64,000 bases of DNA from Candidatus Bathyarchaeota archaeon (GTDB lineage Archaea > Thermoproteota > Bathyarchaeia > Bathyarchaeales > Bathycorpusculaceae), in the NCBI GenBank assembly GCA_963767735.1, contig CAVYES010000006.1, forward strand, positions 64,001 through 128,000, given 5' to 3'. Positions 41,615-50,905 of this stretch are shown here, piece by piece. The translations under genes and the position numbers were made by a program. The notes beneath the pieces were generated by a model. It made no database searches. It was given only the letters and a program-made list of their open reading frames with translations, and was not told where the DNA came from. The first letter of the stretch is position 1. The number at the start of each line of letters is the position of its first letter.

Positions 41615-42160
41615 ATGGAAGATGAAGTGGTAATCATCGAAGTCGTACCCAAAATGTTTGATGTCGTCAATACACCGGATAAATTCAGTTTTAGAGTCAA
41701 CTACATAAAAGAAATGTACGATGTAAATCAGCCAATTACTCGTAGACCAGAGTATTTGGCGGTTAGAGACCCGGGTTACTCCCGAATCGAATTACTCTTT
41801 AAAATCGATTTGCTTAAGTCTAATTTTGAAAAGGGACAGCTGGTTCCTCAAGGCAAACCAATATTTCTTCAATCTTATTTGAGACTGAAGGAATCCTCCA
41901 CCACTCATGTTGTGTACACGCCACAGGGAGCGGGAGAAGAAGGATCGTTAAAGAGAACCATTTGGTACACGTCTTTTAGGACTTTGCTAACGCATAGTTC
42001 AACAGATGAATTCATCGGAGAAAAGTCCAAACCATTTACGCGTGTAAACCTTTGCAACGGCTTTTACTGCAAACATTTCAGCTACTGCGAATTCTTCAGT
42101 CACTCGGAAAACCCTATTATAAAAAGCTCCAGCTTACCAAAAAGAAGTATCGTCAAATGA
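41615..42160 (+). CDS. Hypothetical protein with C-terminal Cys/His cluster
   Basis: 181-aa ORF with a GAGG RBS. A partial paralog lies at 56763. Confidence 0.6.
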   Translation: MEDEVVIIEVVPKMFDVVNTPDKFSFRVNYIKEMYDVNQPITRRPEYLAVRDPGYSRIELLFKIDLLKSNFEKGQLVPQGKPIFLQSYLRLKESSTTHVVYTPQGAGEEGSLKRTIWYTSFRTLLTHSSTDEFIGEKSKPFTRVNLCNGFYCKHFSYCEFFSHSENPIIKSSSLPKRSIVK

Positions 42161-42178
42161 CACGAGAATTCTAAACTT

Positions 42179-43477
42179 TTAAGATTTGTAAGTTATCTGG
42201 GAAGCCCTTAGATTGCCTTTTGATGCTTTTCTTCTCTTGCGAAAAGCTGTTACCAACGTTGTTCCTGCAACTACAACTATGACTACAAGAGTGATTATTG
42301 CTAACGAAAACTCTGGAATTGTAGGTATAGGAGATGGCGAAGAGCTATTTGTACTAATGATTTTAATAGCAGAGGTTTTTGCCAGCCAATTATCACCAAC
42401 CCCATTACTAACTGCAAACGTGTACCCTCCATCATCTGTTTGCAATACCGAGTAAACAGTTCCATTACATGCTATTTCCCATTGCAGGTTTCCATCTGAG
42501 TCTGTCTTAACTAAGTTTCCTGAAAACCCTCCACATGCTAAAGCGTATCCTCCGTCACTCGTTTGTATAACTGACCAAGCGACTTCACCTCCAAGTTCTC
42601 CGTACGTTTGATTCCAAAGCAACTTGCCATCCGAATTAGTCTTAATCATGAAAACTGTATTCGAACCGCCTGCCAAAACGTATCCTCCATCGCTGGTTTG
42701 AATAATCGAATTAGCTTCAAAGTAGCCTGAAGGTCCATTGTAGGTTTGGTTCCATAACATGTTACCCAAAGAGTCAGTTTTAATCAGCAAAGCATTACTT
42801 TCTGATGTGGAAGTTTCCACGAACCCTGCTAAAGCATATCCACCATCACTTGTTTGAACCATTGACGTGCAATAACTGACCGCTTCGCCTCCATAGGTGT
42901 GGCTCCACTGAATCTCGCCAGTCGAATTAACTTTAGCCAACCAAAAATCTCCATTACTGCTTCCCGCCATAATGTAATCCCCATCATTTACAGTAATCAA
43001 AGATGATACGTCTATTCCAGTGTAAGATTGTCTCCATTGCACATTGCCTTGGGAATCAAGTTTAACCAAGTAAGAAGAATTAGACGTACCGCCTGCAAGT
43101 GCAAATCCTCCGTCTGAAGTCTGTACAATCGAATTTGCTCCACCCCAGTTTGTATTCATTGTTGAATCGTAATCGAAACCAGCCATATTCCACTGTTGAT
43201 TGCCTGAGGAATCGACTTTAACCACCCAAAAATCTATTATGCCAACTGCAATTTCCATTCCCATGCCTGCTAATGCATAATCTCCATCAGTGGTTTGTAT
43301 CATCGAACGAATTGAACTTGAATCTCCTGTACTGTATGCATGTTCCCAAACAATAGGCGGGGCAGTCGATGAAGCAGAATTAGCGGTCGCCAAACTTGTT
43401 GGTTCCACGATTGCTGCTAAGAATATGAGTTCAAACACAAAAACAACTGCAACATATTTCCAGTTCATAGACAGCAA
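42179..43477 (-). CDS. Secreted repeat (beta-propeller-like) protein with PEF-CTERM-like anchor
   Basis: About 7 repeats of QTSDGGYALAG...KTDSxGNxxW, a signal peptide and IPEF + TM + RKRRK. Confidence 0.85.
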   Translation of the reverse strand: MLSMNWKYVAVVFVFELIFLAAIVEPTSLATANSASSTAPPIVWEHAYSTGDSSSIRSMIQTTDGDYALAGMGMEIAVGIIDFWVVKVDSSGNQQWNMAGFDYDSTMNTNWGGANSIVQTSDGGFALAGGTSNSSYLVKLDSQGNVQWRQSYTGIDVSSLITVNDGDYIMAGSSNGDFWLAKVNSTGEIQWSHTYGGEAVSYCTSMVQTSDGGYALAGFVETSTSESNALLIKTDSLGNMLWNQTYNGPSGYFEANSIIQTSDGGYVLAGGSNTVFMIKTNSDGKLLWNQTYGELGGEVAWSVIQTSDGGYALACGGFSGNLVKTDSDGNLQWEIACNGTVYSVLQTDDGGYTFAVSNGVGDNWLAKTSAIKIISTNSSSPSPIPTIPEFSLAIITLVVIVVVAGTTLVTAFRKRRKASKGNLRASQITYKS

Positions 43478-43763
43478 TGACTATTGCATGCTTTCTTCTT
43501 TTATAAGTTGTTAAAGATTTACCTAAGAACACGTTTCATTAAGCTTTTAAGTTTAAGTCAGCCTTAAATCCAGTATTGTACAGAATAACTAAGCACTACC
43601 TTGAAGGAATCATTGCTATCTTGTAAATCTGGTATTATTTTAACCGTGACTTAAACTGTTAATAGCTATCTTTCCATGATACCAGAATTCTGGTTTGAGT
43701 CACATAAGAATCCATGAACTAATTACAAAAAGCCTTGAAGGTCGCACCTTTTCCTAAGTTTTA

Positions 43764-44183
43764 TTAGTTTTTCCCCAGCGCGGTTGTTCGTAACGCAAGT
43801 GATGCAATGTCAAGATACTCTTTTTTCTCCGCCTCAGTCAGATTGAGAATTAACTTGCTGTAATTCCTGCCTTGAGTGCCGTGAAAGAGTTCGTTCCTTT
43901 TTTCAGAGAAATTAAGAAGCGCTTTGTACTGAGTGTTATTCAATCTTTTGATTTTATAAAGAAAATCAATCTCCGGTCTAAAATGTCGTAAAACATAATC
44001 TATCTTCGGATTGCTCATCTCATGGTTAATATTTTCATTTTGAATATCAAGACCAAATTCATGGATAATTTTCTGGTCGATATCTGATTCAACCATTCCC
44101 CATGCATAGGTGAATGCTTCCAAGAATTTTTTTGCATATCTCAGATCCTCAAAATCTTTATCACCGGATGAAGGATAACCCAT
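43764..44183 (-). CDS. Hypothetical helical protein with HEPN-like RNxxxH motif
   Basis: KRNELFHG near the C-terminus of an all-alpha-looking ~140-aa protein. Confidence 0.5.
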   Translation of the reverse strand: MGYPSSGDKDFEDLRYAKKFLEAFTYAWGMVESDIDQKIIHEFGLDIQNENINHEMSNPKIDYVLRHFRPEIDFLYKIKRLNNTQYKALLNFSEKRNELFHGTQGRNYSKLILNLTEAEKKEYLDIASLALRTTALGKN

Positions 44184-44288
44184 TCTACAGACCCTTCTTC
44201 GTTTTCTCAATATCTTGCTATGCAGATTTAAGACTTATCGTTCAAAAAGTCAAAAAAACTAAAGTTGTAGTAATAAGTCACTTTGTGA

Positions 44289-44888
44289 TTATGGAGTGTT
44301 TGTCCACACTGGAGTTATAGTCCAATTAGAGACAATGCCTTCGTGATAAATAGCAATTTCAACTGTAGTGGTTCCTTTACTATCTAAATTTCCAAGCTGT
44401 AATGAAATAGGACCTATAGCACCTGCTACATAAATGGTAGTTGCAGAGTCAGTTCCATATGCTCCGATATATTCCAAGGGAACAGTCATGTCTATTTCTA
44501 ATGTACCAGTAGCACTGTAAGCAACGACATGCAATCCTGCGTTGTATGCTTCATCTACTCCTGTATTAGTTACTGAACCTTTAATGAAAAGGTGATTATA
44601 TGTCTGTTGAGGAGGATTATTAGTTGTAGCATTACCTGATATTTCAGCTACCCCTAATGAAGCTACAAGGTGTGCAGATGTTAAATTTGTAACTTCAGAA
44701 TTAATGTTTGAAATTTGGCTGGTTAAATTGGCTATTTCATTATTTTGATTTACTATTTGATTGTTCAAAGAAGCTATTTCAGAATTTCTATCGCTCACTA
44801 CTCCATTATAATAAAATATAGTTCCAGCAATTGTACTTACAAAAAGTATAATTATCAAAACTGATACGGCTTTTATTTTTTTGTTCAT
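44289..44888 (-). CDS. Membrane-anchored coiled-coil plus beta-sandwich protein (paralog of 47223-47813)
   Basis: N-terminal TM, heptad N/Q/I repeats, GSVTNTG..AYNAGLHVVAY, WTITPVWTN. Confidence 0.8.
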   Translation of the reverse strand: MNKKIKAVSVLIIILFVSTIAGTIFYYNGVVSDRNSEIASLNNQIVNQNNEIANLTSQISNINSEVTNLTSAHLVASLGVAEISGNATTNNPPQQTYNHLFIKGSVTNTGVDEAYNAGLHVVAYSATGTLEIDMTVPLEYIGAYGTDSATTIYVAGAIGPISLQLGNLDSKGTTTVEIAIYHEGIVSNWTITPVWTNTP

Positions 44889-45518
44889 TCAATCACTGAC
44901 ATTTCTGTATACCCTATTTCTCTTTCTTGCAAATACAATCGACAGCAACATTACTGCAAAAAGTGGTAGAATTATCAACAACGTTGGAAACTCTGGAATG
45001 GTAGCCGTTAGTGATGGTGTTGGGTTTTGGACTAAGAATTGAACAGGAATGGCTGATGCATTAAGAAGCAGATTCTTGCCATAGTACATGTTTGCTTCTA
45101 TAGAAATTTCATGCTGACCATTCGTTAAGTTGGAAATGTGAAGTGAGTAAGAGAATGATGGATTAGTTTTGAAGGTCCAATTACCGTAGCCGCCATAGTG
45201 GTCATTTGCAGTATCATTTGAGGCAATGCTGACAAAGGAACTGTTGTCAATTCTGTAGGCATAATTTCCAACCAATTCTAAATTACCAACTGGCAACAAA
45301 TCATATGTCCACGTTAATTTGAATATTAGAGGCATTGTGTTGTTATAGATTGCTTGACTATTTGGACTATATATTGTTAGACTAAAGGAACTGCCTGCTA
45401 CTCCAGTTGGGCTAACATAAGAACTTGATGTTTGTGCATAAACTATAGATTGAGTTAGGAGTGCCAAAATTAAAAAGAGGGCAACAAGCAATGAGAAACT
45501 CTTGCTGAAACTACCCAT
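44889..45518 (-). CDS. Secreted Ig-like protein with PEF-CTERM-like anchor
   Basis: Signal peptide, TIYSP...YRID...LTNGQHEI, IPEFP + TM + RKRNR. Confidence 0.8.
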   Translation of the reverse strand: MGSFSKSFSLLVALFLILALLTQSIVYAQTSSSYVSPTGVAGSSFSLTIYSPNSQAIYNNTMPLIFKLTWTYDLLPVGNLELVGNYAYRIDNSSFVSIASNDTANDHYGGYGNWTFKTNPSFSYSLHISNLTNGQHEISIEANMYYGKNLLLNASAIPVQFLVQNPTPSLTATIPEFPTLLIILPLFAVMLLSIVFARKRNRVYRNVSD

Positions 45519-45538
45519 ACTTAGTATTAGGAAACTAT

Positions 45539-45671
45539 AGGCGATAAAAGGCTATTCGTATAACTTTCTTGACTGGGTTTAGTCAAACTTTCTTGACCAA
45601 CTCTTAGGTGCACAGGTACCTATTACGCGGTACCTCGGTACCTCAAGCAAGTTAGCGGTTTTTCGATGCCT
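45539..45671. repeat. Boundary element copy A
   Basis: AGGCGATAAAAGGCTATT, then TTTCTTGACT-N6-AGTCAAACTTTCTTGACCAA, tandem GGTACC palindromes and an RHRK-tail remnant. Aligns with 48870-48998. Confidence 0.9.
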
Positions 45672-45686
45672 TCTTCGTCATCAAGC

Positions 45687-46349
45687 CTAAAAATTCGCTG
45701 TGAAGTAAGTTACGTCAGTTGGGACATTAACTGTTGCGAATTGCATTTCTTCTCCCTGTGGTCCTTGATAAGAAATTGTGACATTGTATGATTGACCACC
45801 TACAAGCAGGATACTGTACTTGCTGTTTGAGATTGGCGTGCTTGATTGGGAATGTGAAAAAACGTAAAAAGTGATTGTGCCACTTTGGCAATAATGTACT
45901 GTGCCTGATACCACCACTTCATTGCTTGGTTCTGTTGATGGGTAAGGAGTGGGAGAATACACAGAAGAAATTATTGGCTCAGAGTTTGAGATTGTAGACT
46001 TGACATATAGAATCATTCGGTTGGAATTTACGCTGTCCACGACCATTTGAAGCCCTGCGAAACTGGGTCTACCTCCTTGATTTGCTCCGAAACTCTGGGT
46101 TGAGTTATTAATGAGCGTCTGAGCCGTCACTTGAAAAACAGGCATTGTTGCGGGAATTCCATTAAGAACATCATCATAAGTTATGTAATAGACAGTATTG
46201 CCAAATTTTATAGAATAGGTCTGAGCAATCGTAAGGGAGACTTTGGTATAACCTGAAAGCGAATCAGCAACAAAGAATTCATAGCCAACAACGGCTATAA
46301 CAACGATTGTCACCAATAAAACAACGGGTATGATTTTTTTCTTCTGCAT
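45687..46349 (-). CDS. N-terminally anchored surface protein
   Basis: KKK + TM. The C-terminal domain (YSILLVGGQSYNVTI) resembles that of the next gene. Confidence 0.75.
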   Translation of the reverse strand: MQKKKIIPVVLLVTIVVIAVVGYEFFVADSLSGYTKVSLTIAQTYSIKFGNTVYYITYDDVLNGIPATMPVFQVTAQTLINNSTQSFGANQGGRPSFAGLQMVVDSVNSNRMILYVKSTISNSEPIISSVYSPTPYPSTEPSNEVVVSGTVHYCQSGTITFYVFSHSQSSTPISNSKYSILLVGGQSYNVTISYQGPQGEEMQFATVNVPTDVTYFTANF

Positions 46350-46447
46350 TCAATGGGTTCCTCTATTTCCTCATTTATCTCTTTGTATCAATGCCGATTT
46401 AGCTTTTGCTCTCTGCGCTTTTTGCCATCGCTTGATGTGGAAAAAGG

Positions 46448-47182
46448 CTATTCACCCAAGTGTGCATAACTGAAATCCTGTTCTTGCATTGTATCGCTTC
46501 CTGCTGGTGCATAAACGGTTAGATTTCCCATAAAGCCACTTGCGGAGAATGGATAAAACTCTGGAAGCCCATAATTAAAATTCACCGTTACGTTGTATGT
46601 TTCTTCATTTTTTAAAGCAATACTGTAACTGTAATAGCTGTAGTTGCTATCCTCAAAGTAAGGTACTACTGTGTAAATTACCATTGTCCTTGTGTCTTTG
46701 AACTGTAAGGAATCCATGCTTACAGCATAAGGTGACGTTACCACTATTTGTCCTGTAACTGTTACGTTTTTGTTTAGAACCGATATTATGCAGGAAGCAT
46801 TTGAAATTGTTGTATCGCTTGTTATTTTAACAGTTAAAGAGTAATTTCCACTTGGGGTAGAATCAGGAGCATTTATTGTTAGGGTGCTGTTGAATGAGGA
46901 ACTGCCAGTTGCTGGTGCAAAACTGTATTGCATGGAAGTTGAATTTAGCATGGCTGTTAAGGTTGTATTTTCAGGGTTACCTTTTGAATCAATGTTAACT
47001 TGGATTTGAGAACTGTTTCCTTGAATTACTTCTGTTTGGTTTGTTGAGAGGCTAAGGCTAATTCGTGTGGTGGTCAATTGATTGTATATTATTACTGCTC
47101 CAATCGATGACACTACAAGCACAACTAGAATTACGGAAGCAATGATGATGTTCCTCTGTTTCTTGTTCGAATTTTGAACCAA
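46448..47182 (-). CDS. N-terminally anchored Ig-like surface protein
   Basis: TM, STLTI..TPSGNYSLTV Ig-like module, YSIALKNEETYNVTV. Confidence 0.75.
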   Translation of the reverse strand: MVQNSNKKQRNIIIASVILVVLVVSSIGAVIIYNQLTTTRISLSLSTNQTEVIQGNSSQIQVNIDSKGNPENTTLTAMLNSTSMQYSFAPATGSSSFNSTLTINAPDSTPSGNYSLTVKITSDTTISNASCIISVLNKNVTVTGQIVVTSPYAVSMDSLQFKDTRTMVIYTVVPYFEDSNYSYYSYSIALKNEETYNVTVNFNYGLPEFYPFSASGFMGNLTVYAPAGSDTMQEQDFSYAHLGE

Positions 47183-47222
47183 ATTATATCATTTCTTTTT
47201 ATGATTTAATTTTATTTAGTGA

Positions 47223-47813
47223 TTATGGTTCATTTGTCCACACGGGCGTTATAGTCCAATTAGAAACTGTGCCTTCGTGAAGAATACTCAGGTCAGGGTA
47301 CGAGTCTGAACCAATACTCACAGTCTGCTCACCGTCTACGACTCCAAGTACTTGGTTGTAACCGCCGTAATTTTTTAAAGCAAAAGCGTCAGTTGCAGCG
47401 TCACTTCCACGTATTCCACCGCTTAATGGAAAAGTCGCGTTTATGTCCAATGTACCATTGCTAAAGGCATCATAAGCAACAACGTGCAATCCTACATTAT
47501 ATGCTGTGCCTTTTCCTGAATTAGTTACTGTGCCAGTTATGTAAAGGTAATTATAAGGAATTGGAGTAGGGTTCCCATTATAATCCTTGCTCTCATTACC
47601 CAGTAGTTCATGTACCCCTAAATGTGCTGTAAGATTCACAGTTGGATAATTTGCTATTATACCGGTTAGCTTTGAAATTTGGCTGGTAAGATTTGCTATC
47701 TCATTATTTTGATAGGCTAATTTGTTGTTATAATAAGACATAGCTCCAGCAATTGCACTTACAAAGAGTACAGCTACAATCAAAACTGATATGGCTATTA
47801 TTTTTTTGTTCAT
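47223..47813 (-). CDS. Membrane-anchored coiled-coil plus beta-sandwich protein (paralog of 44289-44888)
   Basis: Same MNKKI start, QNNEIANLTSQIS, GLHVVAY and WTITPVWTN. Confidence 0.8.
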   Translation of the reverse strand: MNKKIIAISVLIVAVLFVSAIAGAMSYYNNKLAYQNNEIANLTSQISKLTGIIANYPTVNLTAHLGVHELLGNESKDYNGNPTPIPYNYLYITGTVTNSGKGTAYNVGLHVVAYDAFSNGTLDINATFPLSGGIRGSDAATDAFALKNYGGYNQVLGVVDGEQTVSIGSDSYPDLSILHEGTVSNWTITPVWTNEP

Positions 47814-48839
47814 TCAATCACTGACATTTCTAAGGCTATTTCTCTTTCTTGTAAACACAATCGATAACAGCATAACTGCAAAAAGTGGCAGAATTATCCA
47901 CGTTGGAAACTCTGGAGCGGTAGGTGTTGGGATTGGTGAAGTTGGTGTTGGAGTTGATAAAGTAGCAGAGATATCAACTTGGTGTATAAGCGGATAATGG
48001 TCAATGTTGTTTTCATCTATGACATGTGGTGTGTTTCCTATTCCTAAAGAGTCAATCTGAGAAGCATTAGGATATTTTGATTGGTAGTCGCTCCAGTAGT
48101 TTCCGCCAGAAGGATAACCATGATCCCAAATGTTCACGGAGGCAATACCAGTACCACTGAGTAAGCCTTCATCTTCTATTTGACCTGTGTTGTTTGTGAA
48201 GTTGTTGTGATAAATGCTATTGTTTGAGCTGTCATCTACATAAAAAGCATCTTTGGAGCTGTTCGTCATACTGTTTTCAACTATCAAGTTGTTCGAGGTT
48301 TCGTCGAGGTCTATTCCGACCATGATGTTTACTATGATGTTTCCAGTTATGATGTTTGAACTTCCACCATCAAAACCTATTGCACATGTGGGCAGAATCG
48401 AAGGGTGGTTGACATATGCTTGTGTTATTGTATTGTTTGTAACTGTGACATTTGACGTGTCATCTAATTCAATGCCAGTTACGCAATCTGTAATGATAAA
48501 GTTTTTCAGGGTTACATTTGCTACGTCACTTAGTGAAAGCCCATCTCCGTCGTCAGTGATGGTGGTTGAGCTAAGGGTGTGTCCGTTTCCGTCAAGTACC
48601 ATGTTGCTTCTCTGTACTGTTATGCAGATGCCTTCAACGCTTGTAACTTCGTCGCTTATCAAAGTGTAGACGTTTCCCGTTTGCTGGATGGGTGCTGTCG
48701 AAGGAGTTACACTACCGTCAGTATTAATGGCAATATCGCCTTGTGATTGGGTAAATTGAGCTTTAACCGGTCGAATGCAAACAACACCTAAAACCATAAG
48801 GCAAATGAGGATTAGGGCAAGAACGATGTTTTTTTTCAT
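47814..48839 (-). CDS. NosD/right-handed beta-helix surface protein with PEF-CTERM-like anchor
   Basis: LDGNGHTL, Asn-rich beta-helix repeats, GGNYWSDY, DHYPL, APEFP + TM. Confidence 0.85.
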   Translation of the reverse strand: MKKNIVLALILICLMVLGVVCIRPVKAQFTQSQGDIAINTDGSVTPSTAPIQQTGNVYTLISDEVTSVEGICITVQRSNMVLDGNGHTLSSTTITDDGDGLSLSDVANVTLKNFIITDCVTGIELDDTSNVTVTNNTITQAYVNHPSILPTCAIGFDGGSSNIITGNIIVNIMVGIDLDETSNNLIVENSMTNSSKDAFYVDDSSNNSIYHNNFTNNTGQIEDEGLLSGTGIASVNIWDHGYPSGGNYWSDYQSKYPNASQIDSLGIGNTPHVIDENNIDHYPLIHQVDISATLSTPTPTSPIPTPTAPEFPTWIILPLFAVMLLSIVFTRKRNSLRNVSD

Positions 48840-48869
48840 TCGTTTTCCTATTTATTATTAGGTTGTTAA

Positions 48870-48998
48870 AGGCGATAAAAGGCTATTTGTAAAAGTTTCT
48901 TGACTGAATTTAGTCAAACTTTCTTGACCAAAAAGTAGGTACACAGGTACCTGTTAGGCGGTACCGCAGTACCTCAAGTTAACGATTTTTCTATGCCT
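48870..48998. repeat. Boundary element copy B
   Basis: Co-linear with copy A. Here the RHRK part is the in-frame C-terminus of the 602-aa gene. Confidence 0.9.
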
Positions 48999-50735
48999 AA
49001 GTATCACGGCAACAGAGAACACAGAGAGAAGCAAAGGCAAAATTGCAAACCAAGATAACTCTGGCACACTTTTTGTGTTGGAATTCGAATCACTGGGCGT
49101 CGGCGCGGGAGTAGAGCTGGCATCTGGTTGGGTTGGTGTGGGGGTTGGAGTTGGTGTTGAAACCGCCGTTTGACTGGGACTTGGAGTTGGACTAGACGAA
49201 CTGATGATCACAACTGCATTTGTGCAACTAGGACAATTTCTTGAATCCCCGCTGTAGCAAGCAACTATTGTTGCGAGTACACCAGTGTTGTCTGAGTAAG
49301 TGGTAGTGCTAGTTCCTGAAACTACACTTGTTGTTTTCTGGCTGAATACACCTGAGTTGGTGCTCGTTATCCACGTTATAGTTCCAGTGGGATCGTTTCC
49401 AGTTACAGTAACTGTTAAGGCAACGGGTGAAGTGCCGTACTCGGAAGTGACAGAAATTTGTGTTGGTTGCTGATTAAGCAATTCTGGATTGTAACCGAAA
49501 GCATAAAGGCTACCATCATCCGAGCCAATGTAAACTACACCATCTGCAATAGCTGGAGAAGACCGCATTCCACCTGTTGTGGCAGTCCATTCTAAGACAC
49601 CTGTGGAGGAGTTTAAGGCAAAGAAGTTGCCATTGCTCACTCCCATAACCCCGTCAAAAACAAGTCCGCCTGCAACAGCAGGGGAACCGAATATTAAGCC
49701 ATGAGCCGAATAGATCCAGACTTGACTGCCCGTCAAAGCGTTTAGCGCATATAAATTGCCTCCCGTTGACCCCACATAGACTATGCCATCATAAACTGCC
49801 GGGCAGGAATCTACTGGTCCGCCAGTTAGATAACTCCATAATTCGACTCCAGTGGAAGCGTTCAACGCATAAATATAGGAAGGGTTTAAAGCAGTCATAT
49901 TGCTGTCATCTGAGCCGACATAAACAATTCCTTGGGCAACTGATGGAGAAGATTCAACTTGACCGCTTGTGGTGAAATTCCATAATTGGATTCCAGTTGA
50001 TGCGTTAATGGCGTACGCGTTGCCGTCTGCTGAGCCAGTGTAAACAATTCCATTGGCTACCGCTGGTGACGTAAATACCGATTGTAACGCAATTGTGGAA
50101 TTTTCTTGGTAGACCCAAATTTTTGTTCCAGTTGTTGCGTTTAAAGCAAGGATTCCATAGCTGTTAAGTCCTGGGCCATAATAGGCAAGATTTGCATTTA
50201 CATAAACCACACCATCGACCACGGTGAGAGCAGACGAATATGCGTTAGCCTCGTAACTCCATATTTTGCTGCCCGTTGAAGCGTTTAAGGCATAGATATA
50301 CGAATCGTCGGTCCCTATGTAAACGACGCCATTCGAGACTGCCGGAGACGAACGTACATACAAGTATCCAGTCGTAAAATTCCAAATGCTCAAACCAGTG
50401 GAAGCGTTTACGGCATAAACTATTCCACTATCTGACCCAAAATAGACAATGCCACCAACAATTGCTGGCGAAGACACTATAGGAGATGGGCCTGATCCCC
50501 AAGAAGCTGGTGTCTGAGTGTTATAACCCCAAAGCGTCTGGTTGGTTGTTGGAACGGTTGAGCTTGAAGTGCCTGAATGGCTTGGGTCTGCGTGAAACAT
50601 TGACCAAGAATCGGCGCCTGTGCCCGTGCCATCGTTTTGCTGCGCCATAACATCGTGCTGATAAAATAAGCTTATACAGACCAGACTGGTTATCAAGGCC
50701 ATGGAGAGAATAGCTGCCATTGTTTTCTTTTTCAT
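48954..50735 (-). CDS. PQQ-like (BamB-type) beta-propeller repeat protein with VPEL sorting motif
   Basis: Repeated SSPAVxxGxVYxGS..YALNASTG..W, a P/T linker and VPELS + TM + RHRK. The start is probably MKKK. Confidence 0.9.
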   Translation of the reverse strand: MKKKTMAAILSMALITSLVCISLFYQHDVMAQQNDGTGTGADSWSMFHADPSHSGTSSSTVPTTNQTLWGYNTQTPASWGSGPSPIVSSPAIVGGIVYFGSDSGIVYAVNASTGLSIWNFTTGYLYVRSSPAVSNGVVYIGTDDSYIYALNASTGSKIWSYEANAYSSALTVVDGVVYVNANLAYYGPGLNSYGILALNATTGTKIWVYQENSTIALQSVFTSPAVANGIVYTGSADGNAYAINASTGIQLWNFTTSGQVESSPSVAQGIVYVGSDDSNMTALNPSYIYALNASTGVELWSYLTGGPVDSCPAVYDGIVYVGSTGGNLYALNALTGSQVWIYSAHGLIFGSPAVAGGLVFDGVMGVSNGNFFALNSSTGVLEWTATTGGMRSSPAIADGVVYIGSDDGSLYAFGYNPELLNQQPTQISVTSEYGTSPVALTVTVTGNDPTGTITWITSTNSGVFSQKTTSVVSGTSTTTYSDNTGVLATIVACYSGDSRNCPSCTNAVVIISSSSPTPSPSQTAVSTPTPTPTPTQPDASSTPAPTPSDSNSNTKSVPELSWFAILPLLLSVFSVAVILRHRKIVNLRYCGTA

Positions 50736-50905
50736 CGGCTTTCCGACTATGCCACTATGCAATAATTACGTATATCAGTTTATCGCTAATATGCATTCAC
50801 ATGAGAACAAAACAACAACTCAGCCCAGCATGATGGGCGCTAAAGCAGGAGTTTGCCTTTTTTCCGCGCGTGCAAGTATTTCAGGGGGTAGCTAGTGAGC
50901 ATTCT

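Noticed and set aside
44289-47813. Diversity-generating retroelement TR/VR pair in the duplicated MNKKI genes
   Set aside because: No reverse transcriptase is present, and the differences include indels and all base types rather than adenine-specific changes.
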